The notes: generated by a model not told the origin, from the sequence alone. Positions 37,484 to 48,243 are shown, numbered from the stretch's first letter. The stretch is DNA of 64,000 nt from Flavobacteriia bacterium (GCA_046303515.1 JBKCGI010000086.1:2679-66678), one strand, 5' to 3'. Numbers and translations are program-made.

Positions 37484-40141
37484 ATGAAATTAATAATTGT
37501 TGTAAGTTTTTTAATCGTCCTATTTGCTTGTTCTACTGAGAAGAATACACTTGTCACACGAACTTATCATGGCACAACAGCGCATTACAACGGCTATTTC
37601 AATGCAAATGAGCTTATTAATACTTCGATGGCAACTTATTTAAGTAGTCGAAAAGATGATTTTTATTCCTTATTACCTTTAAACCCATTACCAAACGAAG
37701 AAGAAGTAAAGGGAATGTATCCAGCGATTGATACAGCAATTGCAAAATGTACGGAAGTAATTGCAAAACATTCGATGCCAACAGCTTCTGAACCATCTAA
37801 AAAAAGATCTGAGCACAACGCTTGGATAGATGAAAATTGGTTAACTATTGGGATTTCAAATTATTATAAAAAGGACTTTGAAAATGCTCAAAAGAACTTT
37901 CGTTATGTAAACAAATTTTTCTCCAACGACCCAAGTAACTATACTGCAGCCATTTGGATGGCAAAAACGAACATTGAAACTAAAAATTATGGTGAGGCCA
38001 ATCTAATTTTAATGGAATTAGATAAAAAAATAGAAGAAATTGAAGCGGAAAAAGAATCGAAAAAAAGTTCTAAGTCTTCTAAAAGTAAAAAATCAAAATC
38101 TAAGAAAAAAAGTAAGTCGAAAAAATCAGCAACTGAAGAAGAAGAAATAGCTGAATTCCCTAAAAAAAGTCGTTATTTATTTGAGATGACTAAAGCTGAA
38201 TTAGCTATTATTCAAAAAGACGATGATAAAGCGATAGAATATCTTGAAAATGCTCTAAAATTTTGTAAAAAATCTGCTCAAAAAGCACGAATTCATTATG
38301 TTTTAGCACAAGTAAATGCGAAAAAGCAAGATAATGAGAAAGCTAAATTTCATTTTGGTAAAGTATTAAAATACAATGCTAGTTTTGAAATGTCATTCAA
38401 TGCCCGTATCAATAGAGCAATGATGGGAGGTGATGAAAAAATCAAACGTGAATTGGAAAAAATGTTGCGTGATGAAAAAAATGTTGAATATAAAGATCAA
38501 ATTTATTTTGCCTTAGCAGATATCGCATTTAAAGAAGGAAATACTCCCAAAGGTATTGAATTGATGCACAAGTCAATTTTATATTCAACAGTAAACACTA
38601 GACAAAAGGCAATTTGCTACGAAAAACTTGGTGATTTGAGTTTTGCAGATAGAAATTACATTAAAGCACAAAAGTATTACGACAGTTGCGCAAAAGTTCT
38701 TCCTGAAACTTATCCAAATGCTGACGGAATTAGAAACAAAGCTTTGAAATTAAAAGATTTAGTTACTGCAGTTGAAACAGCTTCTTATGAGGATAGTGTG
38801 CAACGAATTGCTGCGATGTCACAGGAAGATAGACTTGCTTTCGCTGAAAATTTGATTAAAAAAATGAAAGAAGACGAAAAGCGTCGTAAGGAACAAGAAG
38901 CAATTCGTTTAAAAGAAATTCAAGCTCAACAAACAAACAATTTAGAACCATCAGGCAATAAATTCTTTTGGAACAGTCCAAAACTTAAAAGTGAAGGTTT
39001 AGAATCTTTTAGAAAACAATGGGGTGCAAGAGATAATGAAGATGATTGGCGTAGAAGTGATAAAATTGTATTAACTTCAATCTCTACAAATGAAAAAGAT
39101 TCCTTAGGTAATGATATTGTAGCTGAAGAAAAAAAGGACTCAATCACTCCTGAAAGTTTGTTGGCAAATTTACCTTTGAATGATTCTTTAATTGGATTGT
39201 CAAATGTAAAAATGTTAAACGCATATTACGATGCTGGAATTATTTACAAAGATCAATTGAATGAAACCCAAATGGCTATTAAGCAATTCGAAGCTGTTTT
39301 GAATCGTAAGATTGAAAGCCCTGTAAACCTATTGGCTACATATCAATTGTATAAAATTTATGAACTAATTGACCCTTCAAAATCTTATGAATACAAGAAT
39401 ATTATCCTTGTCTCCTACCCTGATTCGGATTTTGCAAATTATTTAAGAGATCCTGACTATTTTTTAAAGAAAAAAGAACTTGAAAAATTAGCTGAAGAGG
39501 ACTATGTAAAGGCTCTAAATAGATACAATCAAGAATTGTATACTTTGGTTATCTCTTCAGCAGATCAGGTGATCACCAACGAATTGAAAAACCCATATCG
39601 AGCAAAATATATGCTTCTTAAAGGTCTTTCTGTCGGTCAAACAAGTTTTGATAAAAACAAAATGATTCCGATTTTAAAACAAGTTATTGACGAATATCCA
39701 GGAACTTCTGAAGCAACAAAAGCAAAGGAATTAATTGAGATTCAAGAAAAAGGAGTGTCTGTTTTTAAAGAATCTAACTTCGATAATAAATCGATATTTT
39801 CTTACCAAGAAGATCAAGACCACAGTATTATTATCTTCTTGGATACAAAAAATAACTTAAACAATGCTAAAAGTAAAGTTGCAGATTTCAACAAAGAAGC
39901 ATTTAAAGGTGAGCGATTTAATGTATCAAGTGTCGTTTATGGTAAAGACCAAAATGTCATTATTGTAAAAAACATGAGTGAAACAAAAGCCTTACAGTAC
40001 ATTAAAACGTATAAAAAAACAAAAAAATTATTGGAAATTCAGGATGCGAAAATAATTTGCATCACGCAAGAAAATATGAAATTGCTTTTTGAAACCCAAA
40101 AATTAGACGAGTATGAATTGTTCTATGCTGAATTCTACTAG
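37484..40141 (+). CDS. TPR-containing lipoprotein, probable T9SS component PorW/SprE
   Basis: 885 aa. Lipobox LFACSTEK followed by NTLVTRTYHGTTAHYNGYFNA, which I recall as the PorW/SprE N-terminal signature. TPR-like repeats and a Lys/Ser low-complexity insert. Confidence 0.55.
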   Translation: MKLIIVVSFLIVLFACSTEKNTLVTRTYHGTTAHYNGYFNANELINTSMATYLSSRKDDFYSLLPLNPLPNEEEVKGMYPAIDTAIAKCTEVIAKHSMPTASEPSKKRSEHNAWIDENWLTIGISNYYKKDFENAQKNFRYVNKFFSNDPSNYTAAIWMAKTNIETKNYGEANLILMELDKKIEEIEAEKESKKSSKSSKSKKSKSKKKSKSKKSATEEEEIAEFPKKSRYLFEMTKAELAIIQKDDDKAIEYLENALKFCKKSAQKARIHYVLAQVNAKKQDNEKAKFHFGKVLKYNASFEMSFNARINRAMMGGDEKIKRELEKMLRDEKNVEYKDQIYFALADIAFKEGNTPKGIELMHKSILYSTVNTRQKAICYEKLGDLSFADRNYIKAQKYYDSCAKVLPETYPNADGIRNKALKLKDLVTAVETASYEDSVQRIAAMSQEDRLAFAENLIKKMKEDEKRRKEQEAIRLKEIQAQQTNNLEPSGNKFFWNSPKLKSEGLESFRKQWGARDNEDDWRRSDKIVLTSISTNEKDSLGNDIVAEEKKDSITPESLLANLPLNDSLIGLSNVKMLNAYYDAGIIYKDQLNETQMAIKQFEAVLNRKIESPVNLLATYQLYKIYELIDPSKSYEYKNIILVSYPDSDFANYLRDPDYFLKKKELEKLAEEDYVKALNRYNQELYTLVISSADQVITNELKNPYRAKYMLLKGLSVGQTSFDKNKMIPILKQVIDEYPGTSEATKAKELIEIQEKGVSVFKESNFDNKSIFSYQEDQDHSIIIFLDTKNNLNNAKSKVADFNKEAFKGERFNVSSVVYGKDQNVIIVKNMSETKALQYIKTYKKTKKLLEIQDAKIICITQENMKLLFETQKLDEYELFYAEFY

Positions 40142-40143
40142 TC

Positions 40144-40374
40144 ATGGAAGATGATTCCAAAAATAACAACAACATTTACTTAAGACTGTCGAGTATCGCG
40201 ATTCAAATGGCTGTCGCAATTGGTGGATTTACATGGTTTGGTACTTATTTAGACGAAAAGCAAAAATTAAAAACTCCGATTTGGACGATTTCACTATCCT
40301 TATTCGGTGTAATGGTATCCATGTATCTCGTATATAAAGAAATAAAAAATATTAATTCCAACGAAAAAAAATGA
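40144..40374 (+). CDS. AtpZ/AtpI-family small membrane protein
   Basis: 76 aa with two TM helices. The LSSIAIQMAVAIGGFTWFGTYLD pattern fits. Confidence 0.55.
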   Translation: MEDDSKNNNNIYLRLSSIAIQMAVAIGGFTWFGTYLDEKQKLKTPIWTISLSLFGVMVSMYLVYKEIKNINSNEKK

Positions 40375-40730
40375 TTCCAACTATAATTACGTACGCTTCA
40401 ATATTAGTTCTTCACCTTTGCCTTGCTTTTTTTAAAATTGTTCCAGGCGATTTTATGAATTTATTAAAAATAGATATATTTCTGGCAGTTCTTTTCGTAG
40501 GTGGAATGTTGATTACTCTTCCAGGAATCAAAAAAGGAGGTGAAGAATTTGTGCAACGTTTTTTGTTGATGACAACAGCACAATTACTCCTGATGTTAGT
40601 TGTAATTTTGATTCTTGCCTACGCCAAAGTCCCACAAGTGAAAATTTTAGGTTTCAGCGCTATCATTTTGTTTGTCACTTTATTGATGATTCAATCAACT
40701 TTTTTGATTAAAAAAATAAATCAAAAGTAA
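40371..40730 (+). CDS. hypothetical membrane protein
   Basis: 119 aa with 4 hydrophobic helices. ATGA overlap with the upstream gene. Confidence 0.45.
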   Translation: MIPTIITYASILVLHLCLAFFKIVPGDFMNLLKIDIFLAVLFVGGMLITLPGIKKGGEEFVQRFLLMTTAQLLLMLVVILILAYAKVPQVKILGFSAIILFVTLLMIQSTFLIKKINQK

Positions 40731-40731
40731 A

Positions 40732-41427
40732 TTATCTTATTTTTTTTAGGATATTTTTAACCTTTTGTTCATCCACCTGTAATAATTTTTCTTCAAAAAG
40801 GGAATTACTCTTTTTATCGTTACTAATTGTGCCAGAAAAATGAACAGCATCTGGTTCAATTTGAGCTAAAATACCTGAGATATTGTTTTCATTTATTCCG
40901 CCACCAATCATTATTTCTATCCTGCCACTTGCCCTTGAAATACATTCCTGAATTTGTTGAATCCCTTCTACGACATTTGCTTTGCCACCAGAAGTCAACA
41001 CTCTAGTTACTCCTAAATCAATCAATTGCTCCAAGGATTCTAGAGGATTCACTAAGTCATCAAAAGCTCTGTGAAAGGTCAGTTCTAGTGTGGGATATTT
41101 TTGGCGAATTGTTTTAATAAATTCAATATCAAGTGAAAAATCAGCTAACAATGAGCCTATAACTACCCCGGAGGCACCTAAATTCACACTTTCTCCAACA
41201 TCATGAAGCATAAGTTCCTTTTCATCGCTGGAATAGACAAAATTTCCTTGTCTACAACGAATTAAAACATGCACATTTGGAAATTTTTTAAAAGCTATTT
41301 TTTGCATAGCTATGGAAGGAGTTAGACCACCAATTTCAAGCACTTGACACAATTCTATTCGGTCAAATTCAAATTTTCCGGCAAGATCAATTGCCTCAAT
41401 CGAAGCTACGCATAATTCAATTTTCAT
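40732..41427 (-). CDS. cutC: copper homeostasis protein CutC
   Basis: 231 aa. N-terminal MKIELCV...DRIELC...GGLTPS pattern. Confidence 0.85.
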   Translation of the reverse strand: MKIELCVASIEAIDLAGKFEFDRIELCQVLEIGGLTPSIAMQKIAFKKFPNVHVLIRCRQGNFVYSSDEKELMLHDVGESVNLGASGVVIGSLLADFSLDIEFIKTIRQKYPTLELTFHRAFDDLVNPLESLEQLIDLGVTRVLTSGGKANVVEGIQQIQECISRASGRIEIMIGGGINENNISGILAQIEPDAVHFSGTISNDKKSNSLFEEKLLQVDEQKVKNILKKIR

Positions 41428-42980
41428 TTCCGCTGAATAATAAATCGCTTTCCTTCATTTATGAATAAACCTAAGAAAAAAGCAAAAAGTGTACCACCTA
41501 CTTGTGTTTCTAAGGTATCTTCACTTAAAAAAGAAACAAGTAAAATTCCAATAAAATATAATCCTAGGTAATTTTTTTGAAGCACAAAATCTTTTAAAAT
41601 TGAAAAAATAAAAAAGCAAAAAACCAATCCACCAATCAAGCCAAAGCTGATGAAATAAGTTAAAATTTGATTGTGAGCTCTTAATCGATTTTCTACATGT
41701 AATTTAGATTTAGATTTTTCATATTCAATTAAAAATGAATTATTCAAATCTCCTGAACCAACTCCAATTAAAATATTTTGCTTGAAAATTTGCAATCCTG
41801 TTTTAACATATTCAATCCGCTGCATCAAGGTTTTTCCATTTGGGTCTGAATCAGAAAATTCATCTTTAATTGTTTGTATCCGATTCATCAAACCATAATT
41901 TTCAGCTAAAAAATTTGTCTTGCCAGACTCGATGTTTGCTATATCTTTTTCACTAAGTTTTTTAAAATCTTCAGCATCTTTTTTTAGCCCTTTGGAAGCC
42001 ATATATTGAATGAGAATATAATAATGTTCATATCCAAACTTATTAGTATCTCTTACATCATATTTCGATACATTATTCCATTCTCGAATCAACTCATGAT
42101 CCGAATAGCAGGAGTAAACATGATGTCCATTAATGAACTTTTTTGTTTGTAAATCATGTCTATATAAATTTCCTTCCTTTGTCTTAATAGGTAAATCAGA
42201 CAATTTTGGAATTTTATTTTCTTCAAAACTAATACTCAAAATAAAACTAGCTGCCACTAATAAACCAAATAACAAACCAATACTTAATTTTAAATACAAT
42301 TTATTTTTTTTAAACTGACTAATAAATATAAAAAATGCAATAATAAAAACCCCAAACAGGCTCAAATATGCAGCAAAAACCTCTGCGAAATAAGTGTATA
42401 TTAAAAACCAAAAAATTAATATTACGGGTATAAATTTAAATTTCAAAGTTTTTGATTTTAGCCAAACAAAACATATCGCGATTCCAAAAACAAGCATCAA
42501 TCCAAAACGAATATGAGACAAAAACTGTGACATATCACGAACGTCTCTAAACTCATTAAAGTCAATGATGAAAAATCGAATAAAATTCCAAACTGAAAAC
42601 CCAAAAATGGAAAACAAGAATGTACCCAAAATCCAATAATAATCTTTCCTATTTTGAATTGGTTGAAAAATAAGAACTAGAGGAATTGCGTAAAGTGGTA
42701 ACTTTGAATTCAGATCTTTCAGAAAATAGGCAACATCTTTGCTCCACAAAAAACTCAACAAATGAATGAGTAAAAAAAGTACTAAAATTTGAATAATCTT
42801 ACTTTCCTTGATTCTATTTTTATATAAGTTGATATCTAATTCCAACAAGCAAATTAAAACAAGTAAAATCGTTGCAAGGGACAAAACCACTTTACTGTAA
42901 GGCAAAGCAAAAGCTATTGCCGCATAGAGAAAAATAATAATTTTGTAAACAAAAGTTTGGCCCAGTATTCTGGAAAGCAT
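41424..42980 (-). CDS. O-antigen-ligase-like (Wzy_C) polytopic membrane protein
   Basis: 518 aa with many TM helices, a large soluble loop, and a LRAHNQILTYFISFGLIGG segment. Confidence 0.55.
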   Translation of the reverse strand: MLSRILGQTFVYKIIIFLYAAIAFALPYSKVVLSLATILLVLICLLELDINLYKNRIKESKIIQILVLFLLIHLLSFLWSKDVAYFLKDLNSKLPLYAIPLVLIFQPIQNRKDYYWILGTFLFSIFGFSVWNFIRFFIIDFNEFRDVRDMSQFLSHIRFGLMLVFGIAICFVWLKSKTLKFKFIPVILIFWFLIYTYFAEVFAAYLSLFGVFIIAFFIFISQFKKNKLYLKLSIGLLFGLLVAASFILSISFEENKIPKLSDLPIKTKEGNLYRHDLQTKKFINGHHVYSCYSDHELIREWNNVSKYDVRDTNKFGYEHYYILIQYMASKGLKKDAEDFKKLSEKDIANIESGKTNFLAENYGLMNRIQTIKDEFSDSDPNGKTLMQRIEYVKTGLQIFKQNILIGVGSGDLNNSFLIEYEKSKSKLHVENRLRAHNQILTYFISFGLIGGLVFCFFIFSILKDFVLQKNYLGLYFIGILLVSFLSEDTLETQVGGTLFAFFLGLFINEGKRFIIQRK

Positions 42981-43004
42981 AAGCAGTTTTATTGGAATAA
43001 ACGT

Positions 43005-44642
43005 CTATTTTTTCAAAATCGTATTATACTGTTGCTGATTTTTTAAAACTTCTTTTGCTTTTTTGATATATTCATCATTTCTGAAAGCGTCAATTGCTCT
43101 ACCTCTTTGATAATAATAACGAGAAATTATCTCATTTTCAAGCACTTCTTTGATTTCTGCTTTAAATTTTTCTAAATCTCTTTCTTTGGAAGGTGTCACT
43201 TTGCTCAATAAGGCTTCATATTCGGCTTTCACATCTTCGTAATAACCTTCTTCAACCGCGGTTTTTTTCATTTTCTCCAACATCTCTTCTGAAGCTGTTG
43301 TATAATTAAAGGTATCCTTTAATGCCATTTGTTTGAAGATATTAAATTCTTCGTCAGAAAGAGAAAATTTTCCAGCTTCCGCAATTGTTTTGTTTCGGAA
43401 GTAAAAATCAGTTGCTTAATTAAAAACTAGATTTTTAGCAAACAACATAGCGCTTAAACGACTAAATTCTCTATCTTCTACTTTCAAATCTGGTTCAATT
43501 CCTCTTCCATCAATTACATCACGCCCATTAGTTGTTTTAAAAACTTTAATCAAAGAATCTGGAATCTCCTTTGGTCTTTCATTTTCAGCTTTCTCATAGT
43601 ATTCTAATTTTTGAACACATCTTCCTGATGGAGTGTAATATTTAGCTATTGTAATCTTTACTTTTGAACCGTATTTCAAGTCATAAGTTCTTTGAACCAA
43701 TCCCTTTCCATATGAAGTTTGCCCAACAATCACTGCGCGATCTAAATCTTGCAAACTTCCAGAAACGATTTCACTTGCTGAGGCTGAACCTTCATCAATT
43801 AAAACCACTAAAGGAATTTCTAAATCTACAGGTTGATCTTGGGTTTTGTAAACTCTATTTTCTTCTTTCACGCGAGCTTTTGTATTCACGACAAGTTGGT
43901 CATTTTTGACAAATAAATTGACGATTCGAACTGCCTCAATCAACAATCCACCGCCATTACCTCGTAAATCCAAAACCATTTCTTTTGCACCTTGAGATTT
44001 CAATTCTATTAGTGCTTTTTTCACATCCGAAGAAGCTGTTTGTGTAAAACTATTTAGTTTGATATATCCAGTTGTTTCATCTAACATTCCAGAATAAGGC
44101 ACATCTGGCAATTTGATTTCATCACGCGTAATTGGAATAGTTAATGTTTCCTTCTCGTTTCTCAACACTTTCACTTGTATGGTTGAACCCTTTGGGCCTT
44201 TCAAGGAAGAAGAAACCTCATCTGTCGGCTTAGATTTCATGTCTTTTCCATCGATAGAAATGATTTTATCACCAGCCAATAGTCCAGCTTTTTGAGCAGG
44301 ATTTCCTTCATATGGTTCCGCAATGAATGTATAGTCGCCCATTTTACGAATTAAAGCACCTATTCCACCATATTGACCAGTTGTCATCAACTTGTAATCC
44401 TCCATATCCGATTCATGGTAATAAACCGTATAAGGATCCAAACCTTTCAACATTGCATCAATAGCGTCTTTGGACATTTTACCAGGTTTCAACTCATCAA
44501 CAAAGTACATTTCAAGATTTTGATAAATCAAATCCATCAACTCCATACTTTTAACCATTTCAAATCCATTCGACTGGGACTTTGCTTGAAATGCGATTAG
44601 AAATAAGGCTAAAAATCCAAATCTTTTAAGTGCTTTTATCAT
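43005..44642 (-). pseudogene. S41-family C-terminal-processing peptidase interrupted by one in-frame TAA (43418-43416)
   Basis: ORFs 44642-43416 (PDZ plus S41 core) and 43328-43005 are in the same frame. Hand translation across the gap is open except for the single TAA: ...AKNLVFN*ATDFYFRNKTIAEAGKFSLSDEEFNIFKQMALKD... Confidence 0.75.
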
Positions 44643-45052
44643 TTCTCTACTTTTAATTCATTTACTAATTTATTCAATAATTGTTCCATTTTATTTTCTA
44701 ACACTTGATATTTCAGTTCTTCTTTGACTGTATAAATCAAGAAAATGGCCAACTGTTTTTTATTTTCCTCCAAGTAATTCTCCAAAATTAACTTTTTCTT
44801 GCGAATTACTTCTTTCATCAATCGCTTAATTCTATTTCTTTCGTGTGCTTTTCTAAATATTTTTTTTGGTGCAGAAATAACTACTTGAAAGCTTTTTTCT
44901 GTATCCAACTCTTGAAAGGCGTAATTCAAAACGAAAGGATAATTTTTAACTGTTCGCTTTTCCACAAACAAAGAATCAATCGCTTTTTTACTACATAATT
45001 TATAAGCCTTTCCAAAGGATTGATCCACTATTCTTTTAATTTTAGAACACAA
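44639..45052 (-). CDS. rnpA: ribonuclease P protein component
   Basis: 137 aa with FGKAYKLCSKKAIDSLF and RNRIKRLMKE motifs. TTG start inferred. Its TGA overlaps the S41 ATG. Confidence 0.8.
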   Translation of the reverse strand: MCSKIKRIVDQSFGKAYKLCSKKAIDSLFVEKRTVKNYPFVLNYAFQELDTEKSFQVVISAPKKIFRKAHERNRIKRLMKEVIRKKKLILENYLEENKKQLAIFLIYTVKEELKYQVLENKMEQLLNKLVNELKVEK

Positions 45053-45145
45053 ATTTAGTGAATTAAAATTTTAGACTGGTATCAAAAGCTACAAAAAGCA
45101 TAAAAATTGAAGGCAAAAAAGGTAATTTTTAACTATTTTTGTGAC

Positions 45146-45682
45146 ATGTTGCGCAAAGTATTGACCATTTTGTTTCTGATCGTTTTCCTTGTTCAAGCAA
45201 TAGGATTTACTTTCTATTTCAATTTTGAGCGCAATAAAATCAAGAAACAACTGAAGACTTTTATCAAAGAAGGAGTTCCAAAAAGTCAATTAAAGGTTTT
45301 TGAATTTTCACAAAAGGAGTATTCTAAATTAAACTTTACCAAGAAAAAAGAATTTAAAATTGGTGAACGATTTTACGATATTGTTTGGAAAGAAAAATTG
45401 AAAAACGGAAAACTTAGACTTCAATGTGTAGATGATAGACAGGAAACCGTTTTGTTTAAAAATCTAGCTTTTATGGTTGATGACAACTTAAGTAAAAACA
45501 CAAATTCGCCCCTTAAAATGGTTTTCTCAATTATCATAAAACCTATGTTAATAAATGAAAGAACGCAACTACATACAGAAGCATGTTTCCCCAAAAAAAT
45601 AGAACATCAATTTATCTACATCGAATTTATATCAAGTAATTATCCTCAATTAATTACGCCTCCACCAAATTTTATTGTTTAA
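45146..45682 (+). CDS. hypothetical membrane-anchored protein
   Basis: ATG 45146 gives the N-terminal TM helix MLRKVLTILFLIVFLVQAIGFTFYF. Confidence 0.45.
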   Translation: MLRKVLTILFLIVFLVQAIGFTFYFNFERNKIKKQLKTFIKEGVPKSQLKVFEFSQKEYSKLNFTKKKEFKIGERFYDIVWKEKLKNGKLRLQCVDDRQETVLFKNLAFMVDDNLSKNTNSPLKMVFSIIIKPMLINERTQLHTEACFPKKIEHQFIYIEFISSNYPQLITPPPNFIV

Positions 45683-45733
45683 AAACGAAAATCAGTCTAA
45701 CTGAAATTTAATTTTAATCAATAAATGTATTAT

Positions 45734-48142
45734 ATGAAAAATATTTTATTACTTGTATGTGGAATTGTTTTTACTTCAATTTCATATGCACAGAAAATCA
45801 CTGTTCAAAACACATCAACTCTTCAAGTAATCGAAGGTGTTCACGTTTTCGCCAACAATAAGGAATACAAAACAAATGAATTGGGACAAGTTGATTTGCA
45901 AAACGTGAAAACAAGTAGCGAAATCACTTTTAAACATCCTTCATTTGAGGAAATGACAATTTCTTATCAAAAATTAGTAAATGAAAATAAAGGAATTATT
46001 TACTTGATAGAAAAAATTTCAAACTTTGATGAAATTGTTATTTCAGCTAGTAAATTTGAAGAGAAAAAGAGAGATGTTGCCCAGCCAATTCAAGTTATTC
46101 GTAAAACAGATTTGGAAGACATGAACCAAAGTTCATCTGCTGACGTGCTCGCAAATTCCGGAAATGTTATGGTTCAAAAAAGCCAATTAGGTGGTGGATC
46201 TCCAATTATTCGTGGATTTGAAACAAATAAAGTTCTAATAGTTGTGGACGGTGTTAGAATGAACAATGCAATTTACCGCGGAGGCCATTTACAAAACGTT
46301 ATTACACTTGATAATTCCATGATGGAAAAAGTTGAAATCGTTTACGGTCCAGGTTCTGTTGTTTATGGTTCTGATGCTTTGGGCGGGGTCATGCATTTTT
46401 ACACCAAAAATCCAACCTTAAGTACAACAGACAAAACTGTAGTTAAAGCTGGTGCTTACACCCGTTATATGTCAGCAGTTAATGGTTACGCTGCACACGC
46501 AGACGTTTCCATTGGTGGGAAAAAATTTGGTTCCTTAACTTCTTTTACGTATTCAAACTTTGGAGATTTACGTCAAGGTGCAAATCGCAAAATTGAAGTT
46601 GGAAATTTTGGTTCAAGACCATGGTATGTGACTCAAATCAATGGAAAAGACTCAATGATAGTCAACCCAGATACAAATCTTCAAGTTGGTTCAGGCTATA
46701 CGCAATACGATTTGATGCAAAAATTCACCTTTAAACAAAATGAATTTGTTTCCCATAAAATCAATATTCAATTCTCAAATTCATCAAATGTTCCGCGCTA
46801 CGATAGATTGACCCTTGTAGGAGGAAATGGTGTAGACCCGAGATTTGGAGATTGGCATTATGGTCCTCAAAAAAGATTGTTAAGTTCATATACACTCGAA
46901 TTATCCAAATCTAACAAGGTTTATGATAATGCGCGATTTATTGCAGCTTATCAGCAAATTGAAGAAAGTAGAATTGATAGAAGATATCAAAAAACTGCAG
47001 AAAATAACCGAATAGAAAACGTTGATGTGTTGACTTTTAATTTAGACTTTGCCAAAAAAATCGCCAAACAAGAAATTAGATATGGAATTGATGGTTGGTA
47101 TAACAAGGTAAATTCAACAGCTTTCACAAGAGATATCGAAACAGGAGTTAAAACACCTTTGGATACACGTTACGCATCAGGCGGAGCAACGATGAACTCC
47201 ATGGCAGTTTATTTGACTCACACATGGGAAATCAATGACAAATTAATCTTAAATGATGGTTTACGTTTTTCCAATGTTGGTTTAAAAGCAAAATTTACAG
47301 ATACAACTTTTTTCAACTTCCCTTTTAAAGAAGCAAACCAAAACAATAGTGCTTTGACAGGAAATATTGGTTTGGTTTACCTTCCTTCAAAAGAAACTAG
47401 AGTTACAGCTTTGTTTTCAACAGGTTTCAGAGCTCCAAATGTAGATGATTTAAGTAAAGTCTTCGAGTCAACTCCAGGAAATATTACTGTTCCAAATTCA
47501 ACATTAAAACCTGAATATACCTACAACGGTGAAGTTGGAATTTCAAACAAATTCAAAAGCGGCATCACTTTGCAAGGAACAGGATATTACACTTTATACA
47601 AAAATGCATTGACCACCCAAGATTTCACTTATGAGGGCAAAGATTCAATTATGTATGAAGGAACTTTGAGTAAAGTTGTTGCAACTACAAATGCAAATCA
47701 AGCATATTTGTATGGTTTAGAATTGAGATTAGATGCTCCTTTGAATAATAACGTTTCAGTGTACGCAACGTATAATTATACACATGCTCGCATCGTTACG
47801 GATTCTGTTGCAATTCCTTTGGATCATATCCCTCCTACTTTTGGAAAATTCGGATTCTTAATCAAGGAGAAAAAATTCCGTGGTGAATTGTTTGTCAACT
47901 ACAGTGCTTGGAAGCATATTGAAGAATACAATCCTTTTGGAGAAGACAATCAAGCTTATGCTTTACCAACGGGAATGCCTTCTTGGTACACAGTAAACGC
48001 GCGACTTTCATATCAATTCAATAAATTTTTGAATTTACAAGTTGCTTGCGAGAATATTTTAGATCAAAACTACCGCGTTTTTGCGTCAAACATTTCTGCA
48101 CCAGGAAGAAATTTCATCCTAACTTTAAGAGGTAATTTCTAA
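45734..48142 (+). CDS. TonB-dependent receptor
   Basis: ATG 45734. Signal peptide, plug region (…GSPIIRGFETNKVLIVVDGVRMN…DALGGVMHF), and a barrel ending in the aromatic ...LRGNF. Confidence 0.85.
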   Translation: MKNILLLVCGIVFTSISYAQKITVQNTSTLQVIEGVHVFANNKEYKTNELGQVDLQNVKTSSEITFKHPSFEEMTISYQKLVNENKGIIYLIEKISNFDEIVISASKFEEKKRDVAQPIQVIRKTDLEDMNQSSSADVLANSGNVMVQKSQLGGGSPIIRGFETNKVLIVVDGVRMNNAIYRGGHLQNVITLDNSMMEKVEIVYGPGSVVYGSDALGGVMHFYTKNPTLSTTDKTVVKAGAYTRYMSAVNGYAAHADVSIGGKKFGSLTSFTYSNFGDLRQGANRKIEVGNFGSRPWYVTQINGKDSMIVNPDTNLQVGSGYTQYDLMQKFTFKQNEFVSHKINIQFSNSSNVPRYDRLTLVGGNGVDPRFGDWHYGPQKRLLSSYTLELSKSNKVYDNARFIAAYQQIEESRIDRRYQKTAENNRIENVDVLTFNLDFAKKIAKQEIRYGIDGWYNKVNSTAFTRDIETGVKTPLDTRYASGGATMNSMAVYLTHTWEINDKLILNDGLRFSNVGLKAKFTDTTFFNFPFKEANQNNSALTGNIGLVYLPSKETRVTALFSTGFRAPNVDDLSKVFESTPGNITVPNSTLKPEYTYNGEVGISNKFKSGITLQGTGYYTLYKNALTTQDFTYEGKDSIMYEGTLSKVVATTNANQAYLYGLELRLDAPLNNNVSVYATYNYTHARIVTDSVAIPLDHIPPTFGKFGFLIKEKKFRGELFVNYSAWKHIEEYNPFGEDNQAYALPTGMPSWYTVNARLSYQFNKFLNLQVACENILDQNYRVFASNISAPGRNFILTLRGNF

Positions 48143-48165
48143 CTTTTAGAAATAATTATTTCGAG

Positions 48166-48212
48166 CGGCTTTCAGAATTTTGAACAATCAAAAATACTGA
48201 AAGCCGTTTTTT
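48166..48212 (+). terminator. rho-independent terminator after the TonB-dependent receptor gene
   Basis: CGGCTTTCAG (48166-48175) / CTGAAAGCCG (48197-48206), with inner pairing TTTTGA/TCAAAA, followed by T6. Confidence 0.7.
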
Positions 48213-48243
48213 ATTTTACTTTTGTTGAGATTTAATCAAATTA

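Noticed and set aside
38047-38130. Repetitive AAA/AGT/TCT-rich DNA that might be a tandem repeat or array
   Set aside because: It is in frame inside the PorW/SprE-like ORF and encodes a Lys/Ser low-complexity segment. It has no spacer/repeat organisation.
40144-40730. AtpZ/AtpI-like gene as the start of an F-type ATP synthase operon
   Set aside because: No atpB/E/F genes follow. The next gene is cutC on the opposite strand.
43416-43418. Possibility that TAA is reassigned genome-wide (alternative genetic code)
   Set aside because: Well-conserved genes in the window (for example lepA and the M1 peptidase gene) end at TAA with normal lengths. No other gene shows in-frame TAA codons.
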